Assembly: GCA_038087875.1 (NCBI GenBank)
Contig: CM075988.1
Span: 2,170,001 to 2,234,000 of the forward strand
Source of the DNA: Malacoraja senta
Lineage: Eukaryota
Direction of reading: 5' to 3'
DNA: 64,000 nucleotides
Below, piece after piece: positions 12,591 to 24,870 of this stretch; position 1 is the stretch's first letter, and each line of letters opens with the position of its first letter. The notes under the pieces are model-generated. The model saw nothing but the letters and a program-made list of their open reading frames with translations, did no database searches and was not told where the DNA came from. The position numbers and the translations under genes were made by a program.

Positions 12591-12769
12591 ATATATTAGC
12601 TCAATTCAAAGCCACCACACAATGCCAGCAATGTGGGTATGGCAGCCATGCCACCTGAGGTATTTTGCAAGAGCCAACAATATGTTTCCATTTTCTCTTG
12701 CTGGCCTGGATGACAACCAGTATTGCCTGCAACAACACAGGAACAACAATCAATACTGTCTCCATTAGC

Positions 12770-13600
12770 TCAGTGGCTTGAAGAAAGCAACCATGACCTC
12801 CCAACTTCTATACTCAATACTCTGACTGATGAAGGCCAATGTGTCAAAAGCCAAGTTTTGACCACCTTATCTACCTGTGATGCCACCTTCAAGGAACCAT
12901 GTACCTGCACTCCTAGATCCTGCTGCACTACAACACTCACCAGCGCCCTACCATTCAATGTGTAGGTCCTGCCCATGTTAGACTTTCCAGCACCTCACAT
13001 TCCTCAGCCCACCTGCCCAACCTCTCAAGATCCTGCTGCAATTTTCACAATCTGCAATACAACCTACTTTTGATTCATCTGGAAACTTCTAATCTTGCCA
13101 TGTCCGTTCTCATCCAAGTCATTGATGGAGATGACAAAGTAATGGGCCAGGCACCGAACTCTGAAGCACACCACTAGTCACAGGTCTCCAGTCCAAGAAG
13201 CAACCTTCCACCATCACCCTCTGCTTCCTTCCATGAAGCCAATTTTCTATCCATTCAGCTATGTCTCCTTGGATCCCATGCAATCTAATCTTCCAGAGCA
13301 GCCTACCATGCAGAACCTCGTTGAATGCTTTGCTGAAGTCCTACATCTACATCTACAGCTCTGCGTTCATTTTTGGTCACATCGTCAAAAAAATCAAATC
13401 AGATTTGTGAGACATGACTTCTCACAAACAAAACCATGTTGTCTATCCCTAATCAGCCCTTGTCCATCTAAATCCATGTGTATCCTATCCCTCAGAATAC
13501 TCTTTAGTAACTTTCCGACTACAGATGTTAAGCTCACTAGCCTATAGTTCCCAGCATTTTCAATGCAGCCCTTCTTGAATAGAGGCACAACATTGCCACC
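12770..13600 (-). mobile_element. CR1 LINE RT fragments
   Basis: NVVPLFKKG..NYRLVSLTSVVGKLL..QHGFVCEKSCLTNLI; QDLGVQVHGSLKVASQVDKVVK. Confidence 0.88.
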
Positions 13601-13684
13601 CTCCAGTCTTTTGGCATCTCTCCGGTTTTCAATGACGACAATGTTTATAATATTACTTTTAATCGGTAGTAATGAAAGAAAAAA

Positions 13685-14315
13685 CTCAACGCTAGCATTT
13701 ATTTCAAGAGGGCTTTTATACAAAAACAGGGATGTTATGTTCAGGTTCTAAGGTCGGATTTGGAATATTATGAGCAATTCTGGGCACCATATCTCAGGAA
13801 GGATGTGCTGGCTCTGGAGAGGGTCCAGAGGAGGTTTACAAGAATGATCCCAGAAATGAGTAGGTTAACCTATGATGAGCGTTTGTCAGCACTGGACCTG
13901 TACTCGCTGGAGTTTAGAAGAATGAGGGGGAACCTAATTGAAACATACAGAATAGTGAAAGGCTTGGATAGAGTGGATGTGGATAGGATGTTTCCACTAG
14001 TTGGAGAGTCCAGGACTAGAGGTCATAGCCTCAGAATTAAAGGACATTATTTTAGGAAGGAGATGAGGAGCAATTTCTTTAGTCAGATGGTGGTGAATCT
14101 GTGGAATTCTTTGCCACAGAACGCTGTGGAGGCCAAGTCAGTGGATAGTTTTAAGGCAGAGATAGATAGATTATTGATTAGTACAGGTGTTAGAGGTAAT
14201 GGGGAGAAGGCAGGAGAATGGGGTTAGGAGGGAGATAGATCAGCCATTATTGAATGACAGAGTAAACTTGATGGGCCAAATGGCCTAATTCTTCTCCTAT
14301 TCCTTTTGACCTTAT
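13685..14315 (+). mobile_element. CR1 LINE 3' end
   Basis: ORF 13760-14227 (EYYEQFWAPYLRKDVLALERVQRRFTRMIP...TRGHSLRI...VVNLWNSLP) followed by the CR1 tail. Confidence 0.92.
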
Positions 14316-15312
14316 AATGACAATTTTATGGCCTGTATAAACAATCTCATTTGTGCCATGTTGAAGTCCAAAGATTAATTGATTATAAAAATGAGTTTGG
14401 GTAATTGTGAGGCAGAGTTACCTCACATGTGTTCTTTTTGTTGTCAGCAATAACAGCAGATCTCGATTTACTCAGTAAGTTTGAGTTTAAAACTCCAATC
14501 AATCTCCTCTTCTGATTGTTGAATCTGATAATTTTCATTTCAATTTGTGGTCACAGAATGTTTCATTAACTGGATAATCTGGGATGCAGCAATCCAACTT
14601 TGACCCCAATCATGATGTGATCTGGAGGAAAAAGTAGCACACATGTTTGTAACAATTAGCAATTGAAACTCATGGTTGTTGTGCGGTGACCATCATTCTG
14701 CTGGACATGAGAATGTCCATGCAATTATCAATGGGACTGGAGAAGTTCCAAACAATTGCTTAGTGGAACTTCTCAGCTACCAATACATTGGACGTTAAAC
14801 AGCAGGTTGTGCTAGTTACTTTAATTAACTGTGCTAGTATTTTAGATGTCTCCCTCCATGATCACGCTGATCTTTTGTGACAGTGTGGTTGTCAAAGACT
14901 TCAAGGTCATGGCTTTGTGTGATCACCAGGCCTTTGAAAGACAAATTCAAAGGATTTTCTGCAGCACTGTTGGCTCAGTACAACTTCAACTGAGATCAGA
15001 GGTACTGTGACTGGAATTGAAGCTCACATGAGCTCCCAGCTGCATTAACCCAACTAATTGCTCAGGGAGAGAAACTCCTTGCACTTCCTGCATAAATCAG
15101 GGCTCCAGTGTGGAGCCCTTTATGGAGAATCTTGGCAAATCTGCATGCCAAAGTTGCCTGCTGCCCAATGAGAAGGAGGTGGACTCTCTGATAAAAGAGA
15201 CTTTGTTATGTCCTGCACGCAAATGTTGACCACAAACTGTCAGAACCACAGGCTACTTGGTGTCAGAGTGATCTACTCACCACAAGCAGAGCACAACAGT
15301 CTACATCTCATG

Positions 15313-15423
15313 GTACACAAAAATGCTGGAGAAACTCAGTGGGTGCAGCAGCATCTATGGAGCGAAGGAAATAGGTAACGTTTTGGGCCGAAACCCTTCT
15401 CGCCTCCAAAAAAATGATCCCCC
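15313..15423 (-). mobile_element. Short PLE terminal insertion
   Basis: PLE terminus flanked by a 16-bp duplication CAGTCTACATCTCATG (15297-15312, 15424-15439). Confidence 0.85.
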
Positions 15424-15519
15424 CAGTCTACATCTCATGATGCCTCTTCTGTTTTCAGTGCTCCATGCTCCTGGTTCATGCTGCAAACCCAGTGATACTG
15501 CTACCACAATCATTGTCCT

Positions 15520-15800
15520 ATCAGTGTCAAGCATCCACAGGCCAGGTCCAATGATCTAGAGACACAAATTCAAATCCCACTGTGGGAGCTTGGAATTCAT
15601 TTGCTTGAATAATCTGCAATAATCTAATGCTTGCATTGGTTATAGTGATCATGAAGTTGCTGTTCATTATTTAAACCAATCTAGTTCACTCAAGCACCTT
15701 CATTGAATAAATCCTGTTGCATTCATATAACTCTAGTCCACTGGAATAAAGTTGACTCTTAAGTGCTGTCTGGAATTGCCCAAAGTAGAAGGTACCAAGA
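15520..15800 (+). mobile_element. Old SINE of the second family
   Basis: B-box-like ttcaaatcccac and body motifs (tctagttcact...gttgactcttaa) shared with 27360-27590. Confidence 0.55.
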
Positions 15801-15840
15801 TTTGCAAGATGAACTACAGTGCTTCAAATAAGCTGCAAGC

Positions 15841-15942
15841 CTACCCCTACCCCTCCCCCCCTCCCCCTACCCCTACCCCTACCCCTACCCCTACCCCTAC
15901 CCCTACCCCTACCCCTACCCCTACCCCTACCCCTACCCCTCC
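15841..15942 (+). repeat. (ACCCCT)n hexamer microsatellite, i.e. (TAGGGG)n on the minus strand
   Basis: Direct reading; G-quadruplex-prone on the minus strand. Confidence 0.95.
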
Positions 15943-16231
15943 ATGCTCTCTGCTCACTCTCTGTGACTCCCTTACTGCTAAATTATTCCCTATTCCTTTT
16001 TATACCTGAATTTCAAAGGCAACTATGATTTCCCTGTTGATATCCTAATGGCAAAATCTGCAGGTTTTTAAAATTGCACATTCTTTCAACAATAGGGTGG
16101 TCAATGTTCGGTGTGGACTTGGTAGGCTGAAGGGAATGTTCCAGCCTGTACCTCTATGATGCTAAATGCTGAGTAACCAGCACTGAGTACACAAGCTGCT
16201 TTCAGTTTAGATATCTGACCTTTGATCGTGA

Positions 16232-16872
16232 AATCATAATCATAATCATAATTTGTTAGCCAAGTATGTTTTGCAACATATGAGGAATTTGATTTGCCAT
16301 ACAGTCATACCAAAAAAGCAACAAGACACACAACTACATACAATTTGACATAAACATCCACCACAGCAGCTCCTCCACATTCCCCATGTGATGGAAGGCA
16401 ATAAAGTCTTATCTTCTTTTCTCTTGCGGTCGGGGGAGTCGAACCATCCACAGTCATTGAAGCTCCTGCAGCTGGCGATTGGAGTTCCCGTGTTGTGGGC
16501 GATCGAAGCCCCTGCGATCGGGACGGTCGAATCTCCCAAAGTCGGTCCCTAACCAGGGACCGCGAGCTCCACGATGTTAAGTCTGCAGGCTCCAGTTGGA
16601 ACTCCCAAAGTCGACACCCAGCAAGAGGCCGCCAACTCCATGATGTTAGGCCGCAGTGCAGACGGAGATACGACACGGAAAAAGTCGCATCTCCGTCGAG
16701 GAAAGTGATTTTAAAAGGTTCCCCCACCCCCCCCCCCCCCCCCCCCCACACACATTGTACAAAACTAAAGATTCACTAAAACATCAATTTTACAACAAAC
16801 TAAAAACAACAAAGAAGAAAAAAAGACGAGACGGACCGTTGGCGGGGCAGCCATCGTCGGCGCCACCTGGTG
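16232..16872 (-). mobile_element. Non-autonomous GC-rich retroposon with Rex1-like 3' tail
   Basis: Family motifs GGAGATGCGACTTTTTCCGTGTCG and CCTTCCATCACA..TGTGGTGGATGTT; (TTATGA)n terminal repeats. Confidence 0.8.
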
Positions 16873-16984
16873 TTAAATGCCTACAATCCCCACTTCACTG
16901 GTCCATGCAGTAGGCCTTGAATTCCAAATTACAGGAAAAGCCATAATGATAGGAGGGGAGCAACCATTAAATATCATACAGAGA

Positions 16985-17170
16985 AACAAAGAAACATAGA
17001 AAATAGGTGCAGGAGGAGGCCATTCGGCCCTTTGAGCCAGCACCGCCATTCATTGTGATCATGGCTGATCGTCCCCAATCAATAACCCGTGCCTGCCTTC
17101 TCCCCATATCCCTTGATTCCACTAGCCCCTAGAGCTCTATCTAACTCACTCTTAAATCCATCCAGTGATC
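16985..17170 (-). mobile_element. CR1 3' tail
   Basis: Near-identical to the CR1 tails at 53862-54007 and (rc) 58715-58890. Confidence 0.85.
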
Positions 17171-17531
17171 CATCCATACCTGCCTCTACAAATGAGATAT
17201 CTGCTGGTGGTGATGTGGAAACCTTCTTGTTCTGATGTAGTTACACATATTTGTTGATCAAACTGCTACCCAGTCCTTTCTGGTTTGTCATGAGATGGGG
17301 GGAGGAATGCGTGCTGGGTTAGATGTTTAGAGAAGTGAATGATATTAGATGTTTAAAAATACGTTCAGTGAACTGCAGCAACAAGAATATGAGACCGGCC
17401 TTCGTTGCTAGGAATACAGAAAAACAGAATAAATTGTATTGAAGCTACGTGCCAGAGACTTTCACGGTTACATGAACAATTCAGCACCTGGTATTGGGGA
17501 AAGGCTGCAGAAATGTTATGATTGGGTATCG

Positions 17532-20500
17532 TGGCCAAAAGATGGCCGCGCCATTGTGTTTGGCTGCCCGTCTTCTCCTGCCTGAACAAAGACCCGTTAA
17601 AGGTAATCTCTACCGTTCGTATGGCCTGCAGTCAAAGCTAGCGTACGAACGGCAAACATTATTGAATATACAAGCCTCGGTCATCGAGGTCTTCACCCGA
17701 GGCCCCGCACCGAGCCCCGGACGAAGCCCCGCACCGAGCCGAGCCTCTGTCGTCGAGATCTTCATCCGCGGCCCCGGACTAGACCCCGGACTGAGCCCCC
17801 GACTGAGCCCCGGACAAGACACCGGACTGGGCCTCCGATAGAGCCCCAGACTGAGCCCCGGGCTGGGCCCCGGACTGAACCCCCGACAGACCCCCGGACA
17901 AGGTTTCACTTACCGTTCGCTCCTCGCTCGGCTCCCGGTGGATGTATGGGCTCGGCCTTGTGGTGGCCGCCGCACGCGCCGAGCCTGGAGGCGGGGTAAA
18001 CGCGCGGGCGCCCTGGTAAGGCTGAAGAACCTCGCCCACGCCCATTTAACATCTGCTTACCTCACCCAGCGCTCTGAGGACGGGCCTGGTCGGCTCTACC
18101 GCTCCATCCATCGGCGGTCCCTCGAGCCCAGGTATGCCTTTCTCCGGTCGATCCTCCCGGTCCCCTGTCTCTCGGCACGCGGGCTCCCAGCCAGGCCCTG
18201 TGTGAAGCGCAGCGGCGTGGTCTCCCTGAACCTCCGCCCGCTGGCGTGGGAGCCACTACCATCCCTAAACTCACCTGCAGTCCCTGCAAAAGTGGCCCTG
18301 ATAAATGCAAGATCAGTGCTGAATAAAACCTTCGTCCTCAATGACTTCTTCACCGCACGTGGATTGGACTTCCTACTGATCACTGAAACCTGGCTTAATC
18401 CTGGTGAGCTTGCTCAACTCGTGGAACTCTGCCCTGATACTTGTAACTTTTTCAGCTCGCCCAGGCTCTCAGGTCACGGTGAGGGCCTAGCCACCGTGTT
18501 TAAGAAGAATTTCAACTGCCGCCTTCTGAACACTGATCACGTCTCCAGTTTTGAACATCAACTAATCATAGTTGGTCTAATCTGTCCGCTTTTAATTGTT
18601 CTTGTGTTTCGCCCACCAAAGATGCATAAGGACTTTATCTCACAATTTGGTGACCTTATTGCTAGCTTGTTGCCCAAATTTGACCAGGTCCTGATTCTTG
18701 GTGACTTTAACATTCATGTTTGCTGTCCCACGAAGCCTCTTGTGAGTGAATTTATGAACCTGGTTGAGACCTTCAATCCATCTCTACTCACCACTGGACC
18801 CACGCACAAGCTTGGCCATACACTAGACCTAGTGCTTTCGTCTGGTCTCCCAACTTGTAACACAGATATTATTGATGCCTGCCTGTCTGATCATAGTGCT
18901 ATTATATTCGATATATCTCTGCCTTTCTCTCCCTCAAACTCCCATCTCCCTGCTCGCTACTCCCGCTACGTTAACTCCACGACGGCCAGTAAGTTCTCTG
19001 AGGTTCTCATAGCCACCCCCGACATCTGCACTATTGAGGCGTCCACCCCCCATCTCAGTACCGACGACCTCATTTCTTTATTCAATAATACCTGCTCTTC
19101 CGTCCTGGATTCTGTTGCTCCTCTTAAAATGAAAAAGCCTAAGCCTAAAGGCGAGCCGTGGCTCAATGATACCACCAGAGCCCTAAGAAGAGATTGCAGA
19201 AAATCAGAACGGAAGTACAAATCTGATAAGCTTCAAATTTCCTTTGAAATCCTGAAAAATAATCTTCACAAATACCAGGAAGCCGTAAAATCTGCAAGAA
19301 CTAAATATTTTTCCACCCTTATCTCCAAAAACGCGCAAAATTCCAAGGTCCTCTTTAGCACCATCACCTCCATCATCTGTCCTGCCACCAGCACCAGCCT
19401 AACTGGGTCCCCTGCTAAGTGCGAGGAATTTACCACATTTTTCACCAGCAAGGTAAAGAACATAAGAACAAATATTTCCCCTCCCACCCGTGACCTGGCT
19501 GTCTCATTGGTCTGCTCTTCAAAATTAGACTGTTTCCAACCCGTTACTCTACCCTCCCTTGTAAAATTCATCACCACCATGAAACCTACTACCTGCCCCC
19601 TCGACACTGTCCCCTCTGCCCTCCTAAAGGACGTCATTACAACAGCTGGTCCCAGCATCCTCGCCATCTTCAATAGCTCTCTAGCCACTGGCACTGTACC
19701 TACCTGCTTCAAGCATGCGGTGGTCCAACCACTCCTGAAAAAACCTAACCTCGACCCCACCTTGCCAAGCAACTACAGACCCATTTCTAAACTGCCTTTC
19801 CTCTCAAAAGCCCTTGAAAAGGTAATTTTAAGTCAACTTATACCTTACCTTCACCAAAACACTATCTTGGAAACTTTGCAATCAGGTTTCAGGGCTCACC
19901 ATAGCACAGAGTTTGCCTTGTTGAAGGTACACAATGACCTACTGCTCACCGTTGACTCCGGCGACTGTGCAATTCAGCCCCTTCTTGACCTCAGCGCAGC
20001 ATTTGATACTGTGGACCACACCATCCTAATTGACCGTCTCCGGTATGGGGTTGGTATTGATGGCACTGCCCTGAGCTGGTTCATCTCCTACCTCAAAGGT
20101 AGGAGTTTCTCGACTAACATAGGCAACTCTTTCTCCTCCCCAGCTAATCTCTGCTGTGGAGTTCCACAAGGTTCCATCCTTGGCCCCATTCTCTTCTCCC
20201 TGTATATGCTCCCCTTAGGCCAAGTCATTGAAAGGCACGGCATTTCCTTCCATTGCTACGCAGACGATACACAACTCTATCTCCCCCATAAGCCCAAAAA
20301 ACAATCAAATCTGTTTAACCTTACCCACTGCCTCGAGGATATAAAGTGTTGGATGGCCCAAAACTTCCTCCAACTAAACGAGAGTAAGTCTGAGGTCATC
20401 CTTATCGGCCCCTTGGACTCAATCAAAATGATAGCAGGCAGCCTTGGAAGCCTTACCCCACTACTCAAACCTCACGTCAAAAATCTTGGTGTGATATTTG

Positions 20501-21226
20501 ACACAGCACTGAAATTTGACAAACAAGTCAATGCCGTGGTAAAAGCTAGCTTCTTTCAGCTTCGGACAATAGCTAAAATAAAACAATTCCTCCAGTTTGA
20601 TGACCTCGAAAAGATCATCCACACATTCATCTCCTCCCGCCTAGATTACTGCAACTCCCTTTACACTGGCATCAGCCAATCTTCCCTGTCCCGCCTGCAA
20701 CTGGTCCAAAACGCCGCAGCGAGGCTCCTGACGGGCACCCGAAAAAGGGACCACATCACCCTGATCCTGGCCTCTCTCCACTGGCTCCCTGTGCGGTTCC
20801 GTATAAACTTCAAGATCCTCCTCCATGTCTACAAAGCCCTCAATGGGCTTGCCCCCACCTACATTAAAAGTCTTCTCACCCACCACTCCACCTCCAGGCC
20901 CCTCAGATCGGCCGACTTGGGGTTGTTGAATATCCCACGGTCTAGGCATAAGCTCAGGGGCGACTGCGTCTTTGCGGTTGCAGCCCCTAGACTGTGGAAC
21001 AGCATCCCCTTTCCCATCAGAACTGCCCCCCTCCATCTACTCTTTTAAGTCAAGACTAAAGACTTATCTATACTCCAAAGCCTTTCCTGACGTCCTCTGA
21101 GTGAGGGCTACATGTATATATGTATGTAGTTTGTTTTGTTTGTGCTATTCTTATAACAAATGTAAAGCACTTTGGCCAACGAGAGTTGTTTTTTAAATGT
21201 GCTATATAAATAAATGTGACTTGACT
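17532..21226 (+). mobile_element. Near full-length L2 (LINE-2) retrotransposon
   Basis: APE+RT ORF, L2-type 3' end tgtaaagcactttg...aaatgtgctatataaataaa with short terminal repeats, GC-rich 5' region. Confidence 0.95.
17938..21048 (+). CDS. L2 ORF: AP endonuclease plus reverse transcriptase (1036-aa open segment; probable true start ATG 17542)
   Basis: LINARS, ITETWL, ILGDFN, LDLV, SDH (APE); [39 protein letters not shown] (RT); [19 protein letters not shown]. Confidence 0.93.
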   Translation: MDVWARPCGGRRTRRAWRRGKRAGALVRLKNLAHAHLTSAYLTQRSEDGPGRLYRSIHRRSLEPRYAFLRSILPVPCLSARGLPARPCVKRSGVVSLNLRPLAWEPLPSLNSPAVPAKVALINARSVLNKTFVLNDFFTARGLDFLLITETWLNPGELAQLVELCPDTCNFFSSPRLSGHGEGLATVFKKNFNCRLLNTDHVSSFEHQLIIVGLICPLLIVLVFRPPKMHKDFISQFGDLIASLLPKFDQVLILGDFNIHVCCPTKPLVSEFMNLVETFNPSLLTTGPTHKLGHTLDLVLSSGLPTCNTDIIDACLSDHSAIIFDISLPFSPSNSHLPARYSRYVNSTTASKFSEVLIATPDICTIEASTPHLSTDDLISLFNNTCSSVLDSVAPLKMKKPKPKGEPWLNDTTRALRRDCRKSERKYKSDKLQISFEILKNNLHKYQEAVKSARTKYFSTLISKNAQNSKVLFSTITSIICPATSTSLTGSPAKCEEFTTFFTSKVKNIRTNISPPTRDLAVSLVCSSKLDCFQPVTLPSLVKFITTMKPTTCPLDTVPSALLKDVITTAGPSILAIFNSSLATGTVPTCFKHAVVQPLLKKPNLDPTLPSNYRPISKLPFLSKALEKVILSQLIPYLHQNTILETLQSGFRAHHSTEFALLKVHNDLLLTVDSGDCAIQPLLDLSAAFDTVDHTILIDRLRYGVGIDGTALSWFISYLKGRSFSTNIGNSFSSPANLCCGVPQGSILGPILFSLYMLPLGQVIERHGISFHCYADDTQLYLPHKPKKQSNLFNLTHCLEDIKCWMAQNFLQLNESKSEVILIGPLDSIKMIAGSLGSLTPLLKPHVKNLGVIFDTALKFDKQVNAVVKASFFQLRTIAKIKQFLQFDDLEKIIHTFISSRLDYCNSLYTGISQSSLSRLQLVQNAAARLLTGTRKRDHITLILASLHWLPVRFRINFKILLHVYKALNGLAPTYIKSLLTHHSTSRPLRSADLGLLNIPRSRHKLRGDCVFAVAAPRLWNSIPFPIRTAPLHLLF

Positions 21227-21589
21227 ATTGTAAATAGAGATTTATAATAAGGAAAATTGGGCATGAAAAATGTGATACAGGCTCTTTTGCTTGTAACTGG
21301 TAGGATAGATGCTGTAAGTGATTTTAAAAAGACATTTGATAAATGGCTACAAATGTTAATATGACAAAATTAGGGCAAAGGGGATTGAGGGTTCTATATA
21401 AAAACTGATTGATGACTAATGTTCAGCACAGGAATAAATGGGTTATTTTTGGTTTGCCAGGCTGTAATAAAGGGAATGGGACAAGGATCTATCTGATCCT
21501 CACATGTTCATTTTTTATCAATGAATTGTGAAGGGATTGAGATGATCGATGTTTATATTTACATGTAAATAGATGTCGCTAAGCATGGA

Positions 21590-21950
21590 GCTTCCATGGA
21601 GTCATACAGTCGTACAACATGGGAACAGGCCATTTGGCCAATCTTGTCCATGTCAACCTCTGTGCTAGTCTCACCTGCCTACGTATGGCCTAAACCTTTC
21701 CTACCCATGTACCTGTCCAAATATATTTCAAATGTTACAATAGTACCTTCCTCAACTTCCCCCTCTGGCAGCTCGTTCCATATATCTACTACCATTTATG
21801 TGGAAACACTTGTACCTCAAGTTCCTACTAAATCTTTCCCCTCTCACCTATAACCTATGTCCTCTGATTTTGATTCCCCGAGTGGGTAAAAGACTCTGCA
21901 TTCACTCCTCATGATCTATACAATCTGTAAGATCACCCTCAGCCTCTTGA
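21590..21950 (-). mobile_element. CR1 3' end (older copy)
   Basis: ctctggcagctcgttccat (WNELPE on the minus strand) plus tail. Confidence 0.7.
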
Positions 21951-22618
21951 GCTGTAATGGAGTACAAAGGCCAGAAATTTGTTGAGCATGGGTACTTGCT
22001 GTTGTATGGGAACATCTACTTAGCATTTAGATATAAATAAATAGGGTTAAATTAAGAAAATTCGGATTGTGGTTTAAATTACAGTTGCGAGCAGGAAAAT
22101 AAGAATTATACATGATCATTAACTAAATCAATGTCTGTAGTTGGAGCTTTGAATAACCTATCAAGGCATAAAATTATTTTACTGTTTTATTTTGCTAATT
22201 AAACATAAAATATGCAGAGCAGACGATAGGTTGTAATGATAACGTGTGGATGTGTATGGAGACCAGAGAGGTCTGAGCATCAAGATCTTGGCTGGGAGTT
22301 GAATAATTGGCATCTACGCTACACTGTGATTCATTGTGAGTGAACAAAATGCAGAGACACTTTGCCCAGGAAGTAGACACACCCCTGGGTAAATGCTTTA
22401 GTTGTGTTAGTGGTCCAGGATTGGAAGGTCTGGTGCCCAGTATTGTAGCAGCTTCAGCTTTTACACTCAGCTTGCATCCAGTGTGGACATGAGCAAGTAC
22501 TGCAGGGAGGGTAAGCACACCAATCTCGTTCCCATAGTTAAGCATTCCAATAGGGAAAGTAAAATCACCCGGTACTGTTTGATGATAGTTTATTTAGAGT
22601 GTTAGATGCTTATTCAAG

Positions 22619-22714
22619 GTAGACAAAAAATGCTGGAGAAACTCAGCGGGTGAGGCAGCATCTATGGATCGAAGGAAATAGGTGACGTTTCGGGTCGAGA
22701 CCTTTCTTCAGACG
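22619..22714 (-). mobile_element. Short PLE terminal insertion
   Basis: 8-bp duplication TATTCAAG (22611-22618, 22715-22722). Confidence 0.85.
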
Positions 22715-23114
22715 TATTCAAGAGTTTGCCTAACTCTTTATTACCTGTGTTGTTTGTCCTCTGCCAGGTTTAAGGATATTTCCATGGGTTGGAGAAAAGT
22801 TTGCAATGAGAGGGGAAGGATAAAACTGTTATGTCCATTATTAGAGAGATCATTATTAAAGAGGCTCTACCATTTAAGTCTTAACTCTGATGATAGGTCA
22901 TACAATATATCCAAAATGTTGATTGCTTCCTTTCCACAAATGCTGCCTGATCTGCTGTGTTTTTCTAGCATTTTCTGTCTTTAACACACTGGGGAAAGCA
23001 GGTTATATCCTCCAAATTGATGTTGCATAGGATCAAGAAATATGATAATAGTGGGAGATATTATTCTTAAAATATTAAGATATTATTATTCATAAAAATC
23101 AGACTATTCAAATA

Positions 23115-23430
23115 GGACAGCAAGGTGGCACAGCAGTAGAGTTGCTGCCTTACAGTGCCAGAGACCCGGGTTTGATCCTGACTATGAGTGCTGTATATAT
23201 GGAGTTTGTACGTTCTCCCCGTGACTGCATAGGTTTTCCCCAGGTGCTCCTGTTTCCTGTCACACACCAAAGACGTACAGGTTTGTAGGTTAATTGGCTT
23301 TGGTAAAAAATTATAAATTGTCCCTCATGTGTAGGACTAATGCTAGTGTGCGGGGATCGCTGGTTGGCGTGGATTCGGTGGCCCGAAGGGCCTGTTTACG
23401 TGCTGTATCTCTAAACTAAACATAACTAAA
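23115..23430 (+). mobile_element. HE1-like tRNA-derived V-SINE
   Basis: A box GGTGGCACAGCAG, B box GGGTTTGATCC, V-SINE core ggagtttgtacgttctccccgtgactgc, CR1-derived tail ggcccgaagggcctgttt, (CTAAA)n end. Confidence 0.9.
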
Positions 23431-23642
23431 AAATCAGCAAAAGTAATGCTGAATTTGAGTTGACGGAATAGGTTCAAGGTGGTTTCCTGAATTAGAAATC
23501 CCTTGATAAAAGGTTCCTTGCCTGCAATGATCACATGATGGGATTTCATATTCAGTTTAGAAATAAAAACTTAGGTCCACAACCAAGGTCTTCAACTTAA
23601 ATAAAGGCAATGATAGCAATTGTGATAGCAAATGATATTGTG

Positions 23643-23782
23643 AGTGGGGTGGAAGATTGCAACCTTCACGTGGTCCGCCCTGTTTTGACGAATTCAATCA
23701 ACCTGGCGTGCACAATCAAATAAGATCAAATAGAACAAGTTGTCCTACAACTTTAGGCTTGTGCTATACGCAAGAAGAAGAA
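23643..23782 (+). mobile_element. Short retroposon 3' fragment with (AAG)n tail (RTE-like)
   Basis: 9-bp duplication GATATTGTG (23634-23642, 23783-23791); ends atacgcaagaagaagaa. Confidence 0.7.
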
Positions 23783-24287
23783 GATATTGTGTGCAATTTT
23801 GGCCACCATTTCTGAGGAAGGATGTGCTGGCTCTGGAGAGGATCCAGAGGAGGTTTACAAGAGGTTAACCTCTGATGAGCGTTTGTCGGCACTGGGCCTG
23901 TACTCGCTGGTGTTTAGAAGAATGAGGGGAACCTCATTGAAACATACAGAATAGTGAAAGGCTTAGATAGAGTGGATGTGGAGAGGATGTTTCCATTAGT
24001 TGGAGAGTCTAGAACTAGAGGTCATACTCTCAGAATTAAAGGACATTCTTCTAGGAAGGAGATGAGGAGAAATTTCTTTAGGGGTGGTGATCCTGTGGAA
24101 TTCTTTGCCACAGAAGGTTATAGAGGCCAAGTCAGTGGATATAGATACAGGTAGATAGATTCTTGATTAGTACAGGTGTCAGAGGTTATTGGGAGTAGGC
24201 AGGAGAATAGGGTCAGCCATGATTGAATGGGGTAGACATGATGGGTCGAATGGCCTAATTCAACTCCTATTCCTTATGACCTTATGA
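23783..24287 (+). mobile_element. CR1 LINE 3' end
   Basis: Closely similar to 13760-14315 (KGLDRVDVERMFPLVGESRTRGH). Confidence 0.9.
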
Positions 24288-24870
24288 TAGGAAATTTGAT
24301 CAAAGTAGATTGGGAAACTAGATTAAAATATATGATTGCAGGTGGATAGTGGCAGACATTTAATGAAATATTCCATAGTTATCAGCAAAGATATATTGCC
24401 TAGAGAAATATAGATTAATTGGTACTAGATGATACAAGGCTGAAAGAAGAGCTACAAAATCTTGCAAATAGTGCTGGCACTCAGGATTTGGAGATTTTAG
24501 ATATTAACAAGCAAGACTATAAACATTGATAACGAGAGATAAGATAAAATGAGAATGGCCCAACAAGTAATATATTAAAAAATAACAAAAACTTCTATGA
24601 TATCTAAACAAAGGAAGCTGAGATGGGGTGATTAATAATGGGAGAAATAGGGAATGGCAGAGATTTTAAAACATGTTTTGTACCTTTACCAACATAGGAA
24701 ACATAACATTTATCAAACATGAAGGATTTAGAGGACAAAAAACAAAGTAATAATTTTACTCAATTGCTAGTGATTATGTAGGCATAAAGGCTACAAAGCC
24801 TTGTGGAGTAATGGCTTGCATTCTTAAGTTCATACGGAAGAGGGTGTAGAAATAGTGGTTGCAGTGCTTA

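Larger units (their letters stand above)
8117..12591 (-). mobile_element. Helitron, internally deleted, with Pif1-type helicase remnants
   Basis: 3' end GACCCAACGGGTCCCACTTAGTCTTG|T (hairpin plus degenerate CTAG) matches the Helitron end at about 26677-26704. The 5' subterminal CTCATCTTGTCCTCTTCCGG matches the other copies. Confidence 0.9.

Noticed and set aside
15841..15942. Interstitial telomere repeat
   Set aside because: The unit is TAGGGG, not TTAGGG; treated as an ordinary microsatellite.
22331..22445. Candidate THAP exon 2 (QSWTTN...KVSLHFVHSQ* on -); a similar weak hit SLCSLIHFDP lies at about 34235-34267
   Set aside because: Neither has the C-x2-H spacing together with the Trp, both meet nearby stops, and neither has a convincing acceptor.
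23115..23190. tRNA gene (also 63641-63710)
   Set aside because: A/B boxes run directly into a V-SINE body and CR1 tail; no complete cloverleaf.
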